DNA of 24,000 nt. Origin: an uncultured Bacillota bacterium (lineage in GTDB: Bacteria > Bacillota_I > Bacilli_A > RFN20 > CAG-826). Both the position numbers and the translations under genes were made by a program. Within the stretch, counting starts at the first letter, position 1; every line of letters begins with the position of its first letter. The notes under the pieces were generated by a model. The model ran no database searches. It saw only the letters and a program-made list of their open reading frames with translations, and was not told the origin of the DNA. Positions 8,598-20,030 of the stretch are shown piece by piece. Location of the stretch: positions 33,353-57,352 of the forward strand of contig CASFVT010000023.1 in assembly GCA_949298195.1 (NCBI GenBank), read 5' to 3'.

Positions 8598-9424
8598 ACG
8601 GGGAATTCAAGAAGCTGTTCGAGAAACAGGGAATCGACTGTTCCGACATGGTCAAGATCGAGGGCGGGACCTCCAACGACACCTATTTGATCAAAAACGC
8701 CATCGTCTACCGGGAGAAAAAACCCAGCGACCCCCGCTTCTACCATCCGGTGATGGAGGAAAGGGCCCTTCTTTACGGAGTGGGAAAGGGGATCGCGCCC
8801 CCCGTCCTCTATTTCGACGAACGCTCGGGCGACTATGCGATGCTTTTCATTCCCGGAGGCCGGCACTTTCCCCTGACTGGAGCCACAAAGGAGGACATCC
8901 TGAAGGCGGTCGCCACCATCAAGTCCTTTCACGATGGCCAGGTCTCCCTCCCTCCCTTCGACATGGACCGGCGCCTGGCCTACTACCAGGACGAGGCCGG
9001 GGTCAGGGGGGTTTTCCCCGGGGAGGAAGAGGCCATCGCCAGGGGGCTTTCCTACTTGAAGGATTCGACGCTCGTCCCCTCCCACAACGACCTCGTCGGG
9101 AGCAACATCCTCTATTTCAACGACACGGCCCTTCTCATTGACTACGAGTTCGCCGGCTACAACGATCCCTACTTCGACCTCGCCTCGCTATTGAGTGAGA
9201 ACCAGATCGAGGACAGAGAACTCCAAAGCGAGGCCCTTTACGCCCTTTTCGGGATGGATGCCGATTTAAAAAAGCTCGATGCCTTCCTGGCCTACGAGGA
9301 CATCCTTTGGGGCTATTGGGCCCTCTATCGGAAGAAGATGACCGGAAACGAGGTCTTCCAAAGGATCTTCGAAAGCAAGAAAAAGGCCTATTCCCGCCGG
9401 GAAAGCTTTGCTCACGAGGCTTGA
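8594..9424 (+). CDS. Choline/ethanolamine kinase-like phosphotransferase (APH fold)
   Basis: KIEGGTSNDTYLI...VYREK; HNDLVGSNILYFNDTALLIDYEFAGYNDPYFDLAS is the choline kinase Brenner and DYEF motif. GTG start overlaps the rqcH stop (GTGA). Confidence 0.82.
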   Translation: MNGEFKKLFEKQGIDCSDMVKIEGGTSNDTYLIKNAIVYREKKPSDPRFYHPVMEERALLYGVGKGIAPPVLYFDERSGDYAMLFIPGGRHFPLTGATKEDILKAVATIKSFHDGQVSLPPFDMDRRLAYYQDEAGVRGVFPGEEEAIARGLSYLKDSTLVPSHNDLVGSNILYFNDTALLIDYEFAGYNDPYFDLASLLSENQIEDRELQSEALYALFGMDADLKKLDAFLAYEDILWGYWALYRKKMTGNEVFQRIFESKKKAYSRRESFAHEA

Positions 9425-11172
9425 CGACCAGGTTTCTTCTTGATGAGGCAGCGGATGAGGAGGACGAGCAAATAGACGGCCAAGAAGAGGAGGAGCCCAC
9501 CGAAGCCCCCGAGGAGGTCGATGCCGACATCGACGAGCGAGGCCCCGCGGTCAATGGCCAATAGTTGGATTCCCTCGGTCAGGAAAGCGAGGAGAGCGGT
9601 CACGACGGAAGAGGATCCGATGGTGAGGGCCAAGGGGAGTTGACTCCCGAAATAGAGGCGGAAAAAGACGGCCCCGAGAACGGAGAGGCAGGCGAAAAGG
9701 CCGAGGTGGCCGATGTTCTTCCGAATGGAGAATCCGAAGCCGGGGCTCGAGGGATCGACGTTCTTGGCTTCCTCGACCCGGAGGTCGACAGTGAGCGATA
9801 ACGAAGGATTGGCCCGGCTTTTGATGGTGATTTCGCCTTCTCCCTCCTCATTGAAGACGAGGCTCGGGGAGGTGGTCAGGTTCCCGCTTACCCTCGCAAG
9901 GGATTCGGGAAACACACTCACCTCGAGGCTCCGGTCGTAGACGTTCTCGTTGCCGCCTACGCCAAGGAAGCGGGCAGTGATCGGAAGGGCCGCCCCGACG
10001 CTCGAGGTGATGCTCGTTCCTTCCTCGACGAGGACATCCCCGATTCTTGTCTCGACGAGGCTCGCGGGAACGATTTCGGTGAGGGGAAAGGTTATGGTTT
10101 TCTCGAAAAGGGGGCTACCATCCGCCTTGCGGAGGGCAGACTCGACGCGCACTTCCACTTCCCCTACCTTCCTTCGATAGCCCTTGATGAGGAAGGTGCC
10201 GTTTTCCGCGAGGGGTACCGCCTTGAAGGCCATCGGGTCCCCCTTCACGACGAAGGGAACCCCTTCAAAACCGGAGCCGAGGTAGGAGGCCTTCAACAAG
10301 ATCCCGCTTTGCTCGTAATCGTAGTCGTTGAGGGAAAGGTTCCCCTCGTGGGTGACTTCGATCCCGATGGGGTCGCCCCCACGGGCTGGCAGGACATCGA
10401 TTTTCCCCCGCTTCCCGCCGATGGAAAATTCCTTCCTCCCGGGGAGAGTCCCCTCCTTCACGAAAAGATAGCCTTCCGGGTCGATGACGAGTCCTTCATC
10501 CGCCCTCACGGGGAGGGAGGCGACGTCGAAATAACGTCGGAGTTCGTAATCGTCCTTTCCACTTCCAAGGGGATCGGACATCACGACCCTCACGGGAACC
10601 GCTTCCCCGACATGGACGCTCGAGGGGACTTCGATGCTGAATTCAAGCGGGGCCGGAAGTTCGACGATATCGAAGGAATAGACTTCGGAAATCCCACCGG
10701 CCACCGAAACCTCAATCGCGCAGTCTTCTCGCGGATTCCCGTTACTGACGATCCTCACGACCGAGTTGGCCGCGTCGACGACGAGGTCGAACTCCTCACC
10801 GCCCCGGATTTTTTCCGCCTCGAAGGTCGGGTCCAAATAGGAGCCGTGGTCGTCAAGAGGATACTCAATATCGTAATCGAGCATCGTCGTCGTCCCGAGG
10901 GCGACGTCGTCTTCGTGGCCGGGCAGGCCATGAAGGTAAGAGGAATCGGTCTTGAGGGTGAGCCCAGCCGGAAGGACGGGTTTGGCCTCGGCCCCCGGAA
11001 CGAGGTTGGCGAAAAAGGCCACGATATCGGCCACGACCCCCGAGTGGGCGCTGGATACGCTGGCCGGAAGGGCGCTTTCGACCACGAGGAAAGCGGCGAG
11101 AAAGGCGTAGAGCCCGAAGAAGAGATAGAAAGTCCAGGGCCGGTTCTTAAGGCTCGGGAAAGGCTTCCTCAT
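9412..11172 (-). CDS. VanZ-like membrane protein with large extracytoplasmic beta-rich insertion
   Basis: Start trimmed to the ATG at 11172 (MRKPFPSLKNRPWTFYLFFGLYAFLAAFLVVESALP). C-terminal TMs contain the VanZ-like 'KNIGHLGLFACL...LAFLTEGIQLLAIDRGASLVDVGIDLLGGFGGLL'. The centre looks like repeated Ig-like strands. Confidence 0.7.
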   Translation of the reverse strand: MRKPFPSLKNRPWTFYLFFGLYAFLAAFLVVESALPASVSSAHSGVVADIVAFFANLVPGAEAKPVLPAGLTLKTDSSYLHGLPGHEDDVALGTTTMLDYDIEYPLDDHGSYLDPTFEAEKIRGGEEFDLVVDAANSVVRIVSNGNPREDCAIEVSVAGGISEVYSFDIVELPAPLEFSIEVPSSVHVGEAVPVRVVMSDPLGSGKDDYELRRYFDVASLPVRADEGLVIDPEGYLFVKEGTLPGRKEFSIGGKRGKIDVLPARGGDPIGIEVTHEGNLSLNDYDYEQSGILLKASYLGSGFEGVPFVVKGDPMAFKAVPLAENGTFLIKGYRRKVGEVEVRVESALRKADGSPLFEKTITFPLTEIVPASLVETRIGDVLVEEGTSITSSVGAALPITARFLGVGGNENVYDRSLEVSVFPESLARVSGNLTTSPSLVFNEEGEGEITIKSRANPSLSLTVDLRVEEAKNVDPSSPGFGFSIRKNIGHLGLFACLSVLGAVFFRLYFGSQLPLALTIGSSSVVTALLAFLTEGIQLLAIDRGASLVDVGIDLLGGFGGLLLFLAVYLLVLLIRCLIKKKPGRQAS

Positions 11173-11683
11173 AACTTGCCATGGCCTTCTTGATGACCTC
11201 GATGGCCTTGTCCTTGCCAAGGGTCGGCCCGACATCGGTTTTCATGCCCGGCTCGAGGCCCTTGTAAACGGCAAAGAAATGGGCGATTTCCGCCCCGAGG
11301 TGGGGAGGGAGTTCATCGAGGGAATCGTAGCAGCCATAGACCGGGTCGTCGGGGCAGACGGCGATGATCTTCTCGTCGCCCTTCCCGCCGTCCTTCATCA
11401 TGACGACCCCGAGGGGGATGCCGCGGGCCAAGGAGAGGGGGGCAATCGGGCGGGAGGCAACCAAGAGGACGTCGAGGGGATCCCCGTCGTCGCCGAGGGT
11501 CCTCGGGATGAACCCGTAGTTATGCGGATAATGGGTCGCCGTCGAGAGGATGCGGTCGAGCCGTAGGGCCCCCGTCTCCTTATCGAGTTCGTATTTCACC
11601 GAAGAGGAAGCGCTTATTTCGATGCACACCAAAAATTCCTCAGGGGCGATGCGTTTTTTGCTTACGGCGTGCCAAAGGTTCAT
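11147..11683 (-). CDS. ppa: Soluble family I inorganic pyrophosphatase
   Basis: EFLVCIEISASSSVKYELDKETGALRLDRIL, HYPHNYGFIPRTLGDDGDPLDVLLV. Confidence 0.95.
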   Translation of the reverse strand: MNLWHAVSKKRIAPEEFLVCIEISASSSVKYELDKETGALRLDRILSTATHYPHNYGFIPRTLGDDGDPLDVLLVASRPIAPLSLARGIPLGVVMMKDGGKGDEKIIAVCPDDPVYGCYDSLDELPPHLGAEIAHFFAVYKGLEPGMKTDVGPTLGKDKAIEVIKKAMASYEEAFPEP

Positions 11684-11695
11684 GTTTCTTCCCGG

Positions 11696-11701
11696 ATTAT
11701 A
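11696..11701 (-). promoter_or_regulatory. -10-like box (TATAAT) of ppa
   Basis: Minus strand GGGTATAATCCGGGAAGAAACATG; the hexamer ends 12 nt before the start codon. Confidence 0.5.
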
Positions 11702-11733
11702 CCCGATTTGGGGCCAAAACGACCCTTAGCGTG

Positions 11734-11739
11734 TATATT
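11734..11739 (+). promoter_or_regulatory. -10-like box (TATATT) of the lipoprotein gene
   Basis: Plus strand GTGTATATTTAGGTGATGGCA; 6 nt between the hexamer and ATG. No convincing -35. Confidence 0.4.
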
Positions 11740-11745
11740 TAGGTG

Positions 11746-12540
11746 ATGGCAAAATTCAAAGGCGCTTCCCTCTTCCTGCTTCCCCTCCTGCTTTCCTCGT
11801 GCCAACCGGGCGCGAGCACGGGACTGACGGTCGATCTCTACCTCGATGCCCCGATTAGCCAAGCTCCCACTCTCTTCGAGGCCCTTCCGCGGAGGAATGG
11901 GGATGATCTCGTCGCGGAATGGAAGGCCGGTTACTCCGGCCTCGTCTACCTCGCCTCGAGCAGTTGCGAGCACTGCGAGCAAATCGCCGACGAGGTGGCC
12001 GCGGCCGTTACCGACAGCGGCTTTCTGGTCTCCCTCGTCTACATGGATGGCAGCGACCGCACTTCCTTCGACACCGTGGGCAGCTACCTCCGCGAGGTCT
12101 CGGGCAACGAGGAATACGGGAAGTACACCCCGAGTCTCTATTACGTGGCCGAGGACGATGTAAGGGAAGTCTTCGTCGGGAGCGGCGGAATCGACGCCGA
12201 TTCATTGTCCAAGACCCTGAAGAACAACTTCGCCCCGAGCCACGTCCACCGGGGATTCCTTCCCCCGTCCTCCCTCAACGGCGACCGCCTGTCCGTCCTC
12301 GTCGACCTGAGCAACGAATATGCATCCAACGCCTTCCTCGAGGAGGTTAGGGAAAGCGCCGAATCGACCGGCCGGGAGGTCGACGTTTATGACTATTCCG
12401 CGGCAAATGCGGAAGAAAAAGCGGCTTTTTGCAGCCTTTTCCGCCTCGATACGATAAAAAGCGCCGTCTCGCTGAATGGCGAGAGCGCGCCTTTTGAATC
12501 GGCTGAGGGCCGGAAGTTGATCGAGGGCTATTTCGCCTAG
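11746..12540 (+). CDS. Thioredoxin-like lipoprotein
   Basis: Signal peptide and lipobox MAKFKGASLFLLPLLLSSCQPG; thioredoxin-like CxxC (YLASSSCEHCEQIADEV) with cis-Pro-like YTPSLYYV. GTG at 11743 is an alternative start. Confidence 0.7.
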   Translation: MAKFKGASLFLLPLLLSSCQPGASTGLTVDLYLDAPISQAPTLFEALPRRNGDDLVAEWKAGYSGLVYLASSSCEHCEQIADEVAAAVTDSGFLVSLVYMDGSDRTSFDTVGSYLREVSGNEEYGKYTPSLYYVAEDDVREVFVGSGGIDADSLSKTLKNNFAPSHVHRGFLPPSSLNGDRLSVLVDLSNEYASNAFLEEVRESAESTGREVDVYDYSAANAEEKAAFCSLFRLDTIKSAVSLNGESAPFESAEGRKLIEGYFA

Positions 12541-13763
12541 TTCCCCCGCTTGGCCCGGACGAAGGCATCGAAGGCGAGGCCTTCCTCGATGCTCTTGAAC
12601 TTGGCGTAGTAGAAAGCGTCGCCCATGACCGCGGCCATGTGGGGTGGATAACGGCCGCTCATCGATAGGACGTTCCGGTAACGGCTTTTTATTTCCCCGT
12701 CGTCGTGGAGATAGCAAAGGCGGTCGAGCCGGTGGGAGGCAAAGGCATAGAACTTCTCCTTTCCCATGTCCTGGCGGTTCTCGTCGTAAGCGACGACGTC
12801 CGCGTAGATCTCATAGCAGGAGAGCGAACCCCCGAAGTCGATGAGGTCGGGGGTATAACCACCCGGTGGGCGCATGTTGCATTCGAGGGCGACGAAATCG
12901 CCTTTCTTCGCGAGCCCGGGCTTGTCTTCCTTCAAGACGAAGAACTCGATGTGGAACATCCGCTTCCTGATTCCGAAGGCCTTCACCACTTGCCGCCCGA
13001 TCCGCTCGAACTCCTTTTGATCGACATCGGCAAAGGGGAGTTCGAAGGGATTGTTGTAGTAATAGTAGTCGACCCCGTCGTTGACGATGTCGGCAATCGG
13101 GGTCGGGAAGTGGTCGCTGGAGACGAAGACGGCCTCCCCGCGCGAATCGCAGATGCCGTCGAAGCTGACGATCGCCCCGTCGATGTATTCCTCGACGATG
13201 TGGGTCTCGGGAAGGGGTTCCTTCAAAAGGGACCGGACCTCGTTTTCGTCACGGAGCTTATAGGAGTCGCTGGCCCCGACCCCCACATCGGGTTTGGCAA
13301 AGAGGGGGTAACCGACTTCCCGGGCGAATTCAAGAACCTTCCCGAGGTCTTGAGGTCCGTCGACGAGCACGTAACGGATGGTCTTGGCCCCGCCTTCGGC
13401 AAAAGACGCCTTCATGGCCGACTTGGCCTTGATATTGTGCATGTCGGCAGGGAAGAAACCGGTCTTCACGCCGAACTCCTCCCGGAGGCGGGCATCCATC
13501 TCGAGCCACCACTCGTTGTCGCTTTCGATGTAATCGATTTTCCCGTATTTGCCTTGGTAATAGCCGACGGCCGCCTTCATCGCGGGGAAATCGGAGAGGT
13601 CCTTCACGAAATAGTATTCGTTCAGGGAGGACTTGAGGCGTGGGTGAAGGTCGTAATGGGGGCTGTCCCCGATTCCGAGGACGGTGATTCCCCGTTCGCG
13701 GAGGGCCTCGACCCACTTGTAGTAACGTTCGGGGAAATTGGGCGAAACGAAGACGAAATTCAT
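12537..13763 (-). CDS. ATP-grasp family carboxylate-amine ligase-like protein
   Basis: MNFVFVSPNFPERYYKWVEALRERGITVLGIGD, GYPLFAKPDVGVGASDSYKL, HIVEEYIDG, FHIEFFV...VALECNMRPPGGYTPDL. SD AAGGGGGAG upstream; starts 12 nt after atpC. Confidence 0.75.
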   Translation of the reverse strand: MNFVFVSPNFPERYYKWVEALRERGITVLGIGDSPHYDLHPRLKSSLNEYYFVKDLSDFPAMKAAVGYYQGKYGKIDYIESDNEWWLEMDARLREEFGVKTGFFPADMHNIKAKSAMKASFAEGGAKTIRYVLVDGPQDLGKVLEFAREVGYPLFAKPDVGVGASDSYKLRDENEVRSLLKEPLPETHIVEEYIDGAIVSFDGICDSRGEAVFVSSDHFPTPIADIVNDGVDYYYYNNPFELPFADVDQKEFERIGRQVVKAFGIRKRMFHIEFFVLKEDKPGLAKKGDFVALECNMRPPGGYTPDLIDFGGSLSCYEIYADVVAYDENRQDMGKEKFYAFASHRLDRLCYLHDDGEIKSRYRNVLSMSGRYPPHMAAVMGDAFYYAKFKSIEEGLAFDAFVRAKRGN

Positions 13764-13775
13764 GTTGACTCCCCC

Positions 13776-16309
<2,534 letters not shown>

Positions 16310-16313
<4 letters not shown>

Positions 16314-17818
16314 TGCTTCTCCCTTTCAAGGAAATAGCTGGTTTTTGCGGCAATTTTCTCTCTCAAATCGTCGTCCAGCCGCTTTTTGGCGGAGAGTTCG
16401 TCGAGGATGTCGCTTGCCTCGTCGAGATAGCACTCCCGGAGGCGGGCAAGGAGGGCGACGACCGCCTCGACGTCGAGCCCGTCCAGGGCCCCGCTTTTGA
16501 GGGCAAGGAGGGTGATGACCTGGAGGGGCATTGGGAGGGGCGAGTAGTTTTTCTGGCGGAGCCCGGCTTCTAGGGTCGATCCATGGGCGAGGATTTTCCT
16601 CGTGTCGGCATCGAGGTCGCTCCCGAACTGGGCGAAGGAGAGGTTCTCACGGTAGGCTGCCAGTTCGATCTTGAGGGAAGAGGAGGCCTCTTTCATGGCC
16701 TTGGTCTGGGCATTCGAGCCGACCCGGGAGACCGAGAGGCCGCTATCGAGGGCCGGACGCTGCCCGGCTTGGAAACGGTCGCTGGTGAGGAAGATCTGCC
16801 CGTCGGTGATGGAGATGACGTTGGTGGGGATGTAACTCGAGATGTCCCCGGCTTGGGTCTCGACGATCGGGAGGGCGGTAATCGAACCGCCACCCCGCTC
16901 CTCACTCAATTTGCAAGCCCGCTCGAGGAGGCGGCTATGGAGGTAGAAGATGTCGCCGGGGTAGGCTTCCCGGCCTGGCGAGCGCCTGAGGAGGAGGGAG
17001 AGGGCACGGTAGGCAACCGCATGCTTGGAGAGGTCGTCAAAGACGATGAGGACGTCTTCCCCCTTCTCCATCCATTCCTCGGCCATCGCCATCCCGGCGA
17101 AGGGGGCGATGTAGAGTTCCGGGGCCGGGTCGGAGGCCGAGGCACTGACGATGCAGGTATACTCCATCGAGCCGAGGGCCCGGAGCCGCGCGGCGATTTG
17201 GGCTACCGAGGAATTCTTCTGGCCGATGGCCACGTAGACGCATTTGACCCCCTTGCCCTTCTGATTGACGATGGCATCGATGGCGATCGAGGTCTTGCCG
17301 GTTTGGCGGTCACCGATGATGAGTTCCCGCTGACCTCGGCCGATGGGGATCATCGAGTCGATGGCGAGTAGGCCCGTCTCAAGGGGCGTGTTGACGCTTT
17401 CCCGTTCCATGACCCCAGGGGCGATCCGCTCGATGGGGCGATAGGAAGGGGTTTCGATCGGCCCATCATCGTCCAGAGGCTCACCGAGGGCGGAAACGAC
17501 CCGCCCTAAGAGGGCATCGCCGACCTTGGTCTCGAGGACGCGGCCGGTCGCGTAAACCGGGTCGCCCTCGCTCACCGAGTTCGTCTTCGATAGGAGGACC
17601 GCCCCGATGGTCTCGCGGTTGAGGTTCATGACGAGGCCCTTCACGCCGTTGGGAAAAGACAGAAGTTCGCCTAGCATCGCGCCAGGAAGGCCGTAGACGG
17701 TCGCGATGCCGTCCCCGACGGCGATGACGCGGCCGACCGCCCGGTCCTCTTCCTTGGAGGTGGCCTTCTTGATTTCCTCGACGAGGAGGGAAGCGAGTTC
17801 ACTGGGACTTAGGGACAT
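16310..17818 (-). CDS. atpA: ATP synthase F1 alpha subunit
   Basis: GRVIAVGDGIATVYGL; ELIIGDRQTGKTSIAIDAI; ALDSGLSVSRVGSNAQ. Confidence 0.96.
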
Positions 17819-18352
17819 TCAGATACCTTCCTTTCCGCGGAGGGAGGAGGCAATGGCTTCCACCCTCCCCTTGAGCGAACGATCGATGAGACGCCCATCG
17901 ACATAGAGGCGGTAACCGCCGATGAGGCTGGGATCGACTTTGCAATGGAGACGGAAACGCGACTTCCCCCCGAGGGCGGTGAGGAGGCTTTCCTTCTCCT
18001 CCTCCTTCAAAGGGGAGGCGCTATAGACGGTGACCCGCTCGACACCCCTCTCCCCGTCGAGGAGTTCCCCGAAGCGTTCGTCGATGGCCCGGAGGGAGCC
18101 AAGAGCCCCATAATAGGCGGTCGCTTCCGCCCAGGCCGCGAAGAAATCCGGGCTGAGCAGAAGGGAGGCGACGACGCGTTTCTTGTCGCTCCCGGAGACG
18201 GTGGGGTTGGAGAAATAGGGGACGAATGATGGCGTTTTGTCGGCGATTTCCACAAGAACAGCCATCGATTTGGCTGCCTCGTCGAGCTTGCCCGCTTTCT
18301 TCGCGTAGTCGAAGAGGGCTTCCGCGTATACCCTGGCCTCACCTACTTGCAT
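17819..18352 (-). CDS. atpH: ATP synthase F1 delta subunit
   Basis: Start trimmed to the ATG at 18352 (MQVGEARVYAEALFDYAKKAGKLDE). C-terminal KVDPSLIGGYRLYVDGRLIDRSLKGRVEAIASSLRG is the OSCP/delta signature. Confidence 0.93.
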   Translation of the reverse strand: MQVGEARVYAEALFDYAKKAGKLDEAAKSMAVLVEIADKTPSFVPYFSNPTVSGSDKKRVVASLLLSPDFFAAWAEATAYYGALGSLRAIDERFGELLDGERGVERVTVYSASPLKEEEKESLLTALGGKSRFRLHCKVDPSLIGGYRLYVDGRLIDRSLKGRVEAIASSLRGKEGI

Positions 18353-18887
18353 GCTTCTCGAGTTCCTTCTCGACTTCCTTCCGGAGCCGGCGGTCCTCTT
18401 CCTCGTTGACGTGCCGTTCGAGGGCCTTCTCCGCCGTGGCCACCGAGACGGAAAGAATTGCCTCCCGCATCTCGCCCTCGGCCTTCTTTTTCGCCTTGGC
18501 AATGTCCAGATCGGCTTCGTCTTTCTTTCGCTTCGCCTCTTCCTCAGCGGTTTCGAGTATCGTCTTCGCCCGCTTCAGGGCCGCTTCCTTGCTCGAGGCA
18601 ACAATCTCGGCCCCTTCCTTCTTGGCCTCCTCGAGGATGGAGTCCTTCTTCCTAAGGGCTTTGTCCATCTCCTCCTTCCCCTTCTCGGCGTCCCTGATGT
18701 TCCCTTCGATATAGTCCTTCCTGGCCTTGACGAAGCGTTTCACCGGCTTGTAGGCGATGAAATAGAGGGCAACGAAAAGGACGATCAGGGCGAGTAGGTT
18801 GATGAGGAAGCTCCAGAGATTGGGAACCAGCTTGTCAATGAAGTCGCCCGAGGAGAAGGGGGTGTCGTCGAGGACGGGGATGAACAT
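18339..18887 (-). CDS. atpF: ATP synthase Fo b subunit
   Basis: N-terminal TM (LWSFLINLLALIVLFVALYFIAYKPVKRFVKARKDYIEGNI) followed by a long charged helix. Confidence 0.93.
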   Translation of the reverse strand: MFIPVLDDTPFSSGDFIDKLVPNLWSFLINLLALIVLFVALYFIAYKPVKRFVKARKDYIEGNIRDAEKGKEEMDKALRKKDSILEEAKKEGAEIVASSKEAALKRAKTILETAEEEAKRKKDEADLDIAKAKKKAEGEMREAILSVSVATAEKALERHVNEEEDRRLRKEVEKELEKHASR

Positions 18888-18893
18888 GTTGAC

Positions 18894-19133
18894 TTAAGCC
18901 CGGCCGCCGAGGACGAAGATGATGAGAATGGCGATGACGAGGCAATAGATGGCCGTCGATTCATCGAGGGCGACGGCGAGGACCATCGTCGACTGGAGCT
19001 TCTTCTGCATCTCCGGCTGGCGCGACATCGCCTTGATGGCGCTCGAGCAAATCCACCCCTCGCCGATGGCGGAGAGGCAACCGAAGGCCACCGCGATGGC
19101 CGCCGCGATGGCGATGAGACCCAAATCTGTCAT
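18894..19133 (-). CDS. atpE: ATP synthase Fo c subunit with Na+-type, two-carboxylate motif
   Basis: 79-aa helical hairpin MTDLGLIAIAAAIAVAFGCLSAIGEGWICSSAIKAMSRQPEMQKKLQSTMVLAVALDESTAIYCLVIAILIIFVLGGRA. Confidence 0.96.
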   Translation of the reverse strand: MTDLGLIAIAAAIAVAFGCLSAIGEGWICSSAIKAMSRQPEMQKKLQSTMVLAVALDESTAIYCLVIAILIIFVLGGRA

Positions 19134-19163
19134 AAGCAAACCTCCTGTTTGGGCTACTTTCCC

Positions 19164-20030
19164 CTATCCCTGGCCAAGCGCCGGCATCCTTTCCCGGTCG
19201 AGGAGGGCCGGGGAGGCTTCTTCCTCCACCGGTCGTTCGGCCGCGAACCAGACGGCGTTGAGGGAGCAGAAGACGAGCGTCTGCACCCCGCCCGAGAAAA
19301 GGGAAAAGTAGAGATTGAGGATCCCCATCGGGATCGGGGCCAGGAAGATCTGGGTCCAGACCGTGGATTGGTCGCTGTCCCAGATCGGGATGTAATTGGC
19401 CTGAGCCATGCTCGTGAGGGAGCCAAAGAGGGCCCCCGAGGCATTGGAGAGGGCCCACTGGATCAGCCCGACGATGATGGTCCCGCTCAGGGCGTTCCCG
19501 AACATCCTCATCGTGGTCGAGAGAATGGGGCTCCACATAGTGATTAGATTAACCGGGAGGAAGATGAAAACCGGTTCCACGTAACGGTGGAAATAGCTGA
19601 GCTTGTTCCACTTGAGCCCTTGGTACTGGATGATGATGAACATGATGATCGAGAGTGAGAGGGGGCCGGCCAGCCAGTCGATGACCCCCGGTAGACCGAA
19701 GAGGGAGATGTTGAAGGCGACGAATAGATAGGCGAAGAGGGTGAAGAAATAACCACCCCAAAGCTCGAAAACGTCGCTCCCCATCGTGTTGACGGCAAAA
19801 CGATCGACGAAATTCACGTATTCCTCGGCGAAATAAAGGAGGCCCTTGGGCCGCTTCTTGTAGTCGCCGCGCTTGTAGGCGAGATGGGCATTCAAGCCGA
19901 TGACGGCCCCGACGAGCAAGAGGACGGTCATCACGATTAGTGAGGAAAGAAGGGGGCCTTCCAGCTCGAAATCGAGCATGTGGGCGACTTTCTCGTCGAC
20001 GGTATCGTAAAAAAGAGGGATGGCGTTCAT
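19164..20030 (-). CDS. atpB: ATP synthase Fo a subunit
   Basis: STTMRMFGNALSGTIIVGLI (essential Arg helix) and PIPMGILNLYFSLFSGGVQTLVFCSLNAVWF (conserved Gln helix). Confidence 0.93.
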   Translation of the reverse strand: MNAIPLFYDTVDEKVAHMLDFELEGPLLSSLIVMTVLLLVGAVIGLNAHLAYKRGDYKKRPKGLLYFAEEYVNFVDRFAVNTMGSDVFELWGGYFFTLFAYLFVAFNISLFGLPGVIDWLAGPLSLSIIMFIIIQYQGLKWNKLSYFHRYVEPVFIFLPVNLITMWSPILSTTMRMFGNALSGTIIVGLIQWALSNASGALFGSLTSMAQANYIPIWDSDQSTVWTQIFLAPIPMGILNLYFSLFSGGVQTLVFCSLNAVWFAAERPVEEEASPALLDRERMPALGQG

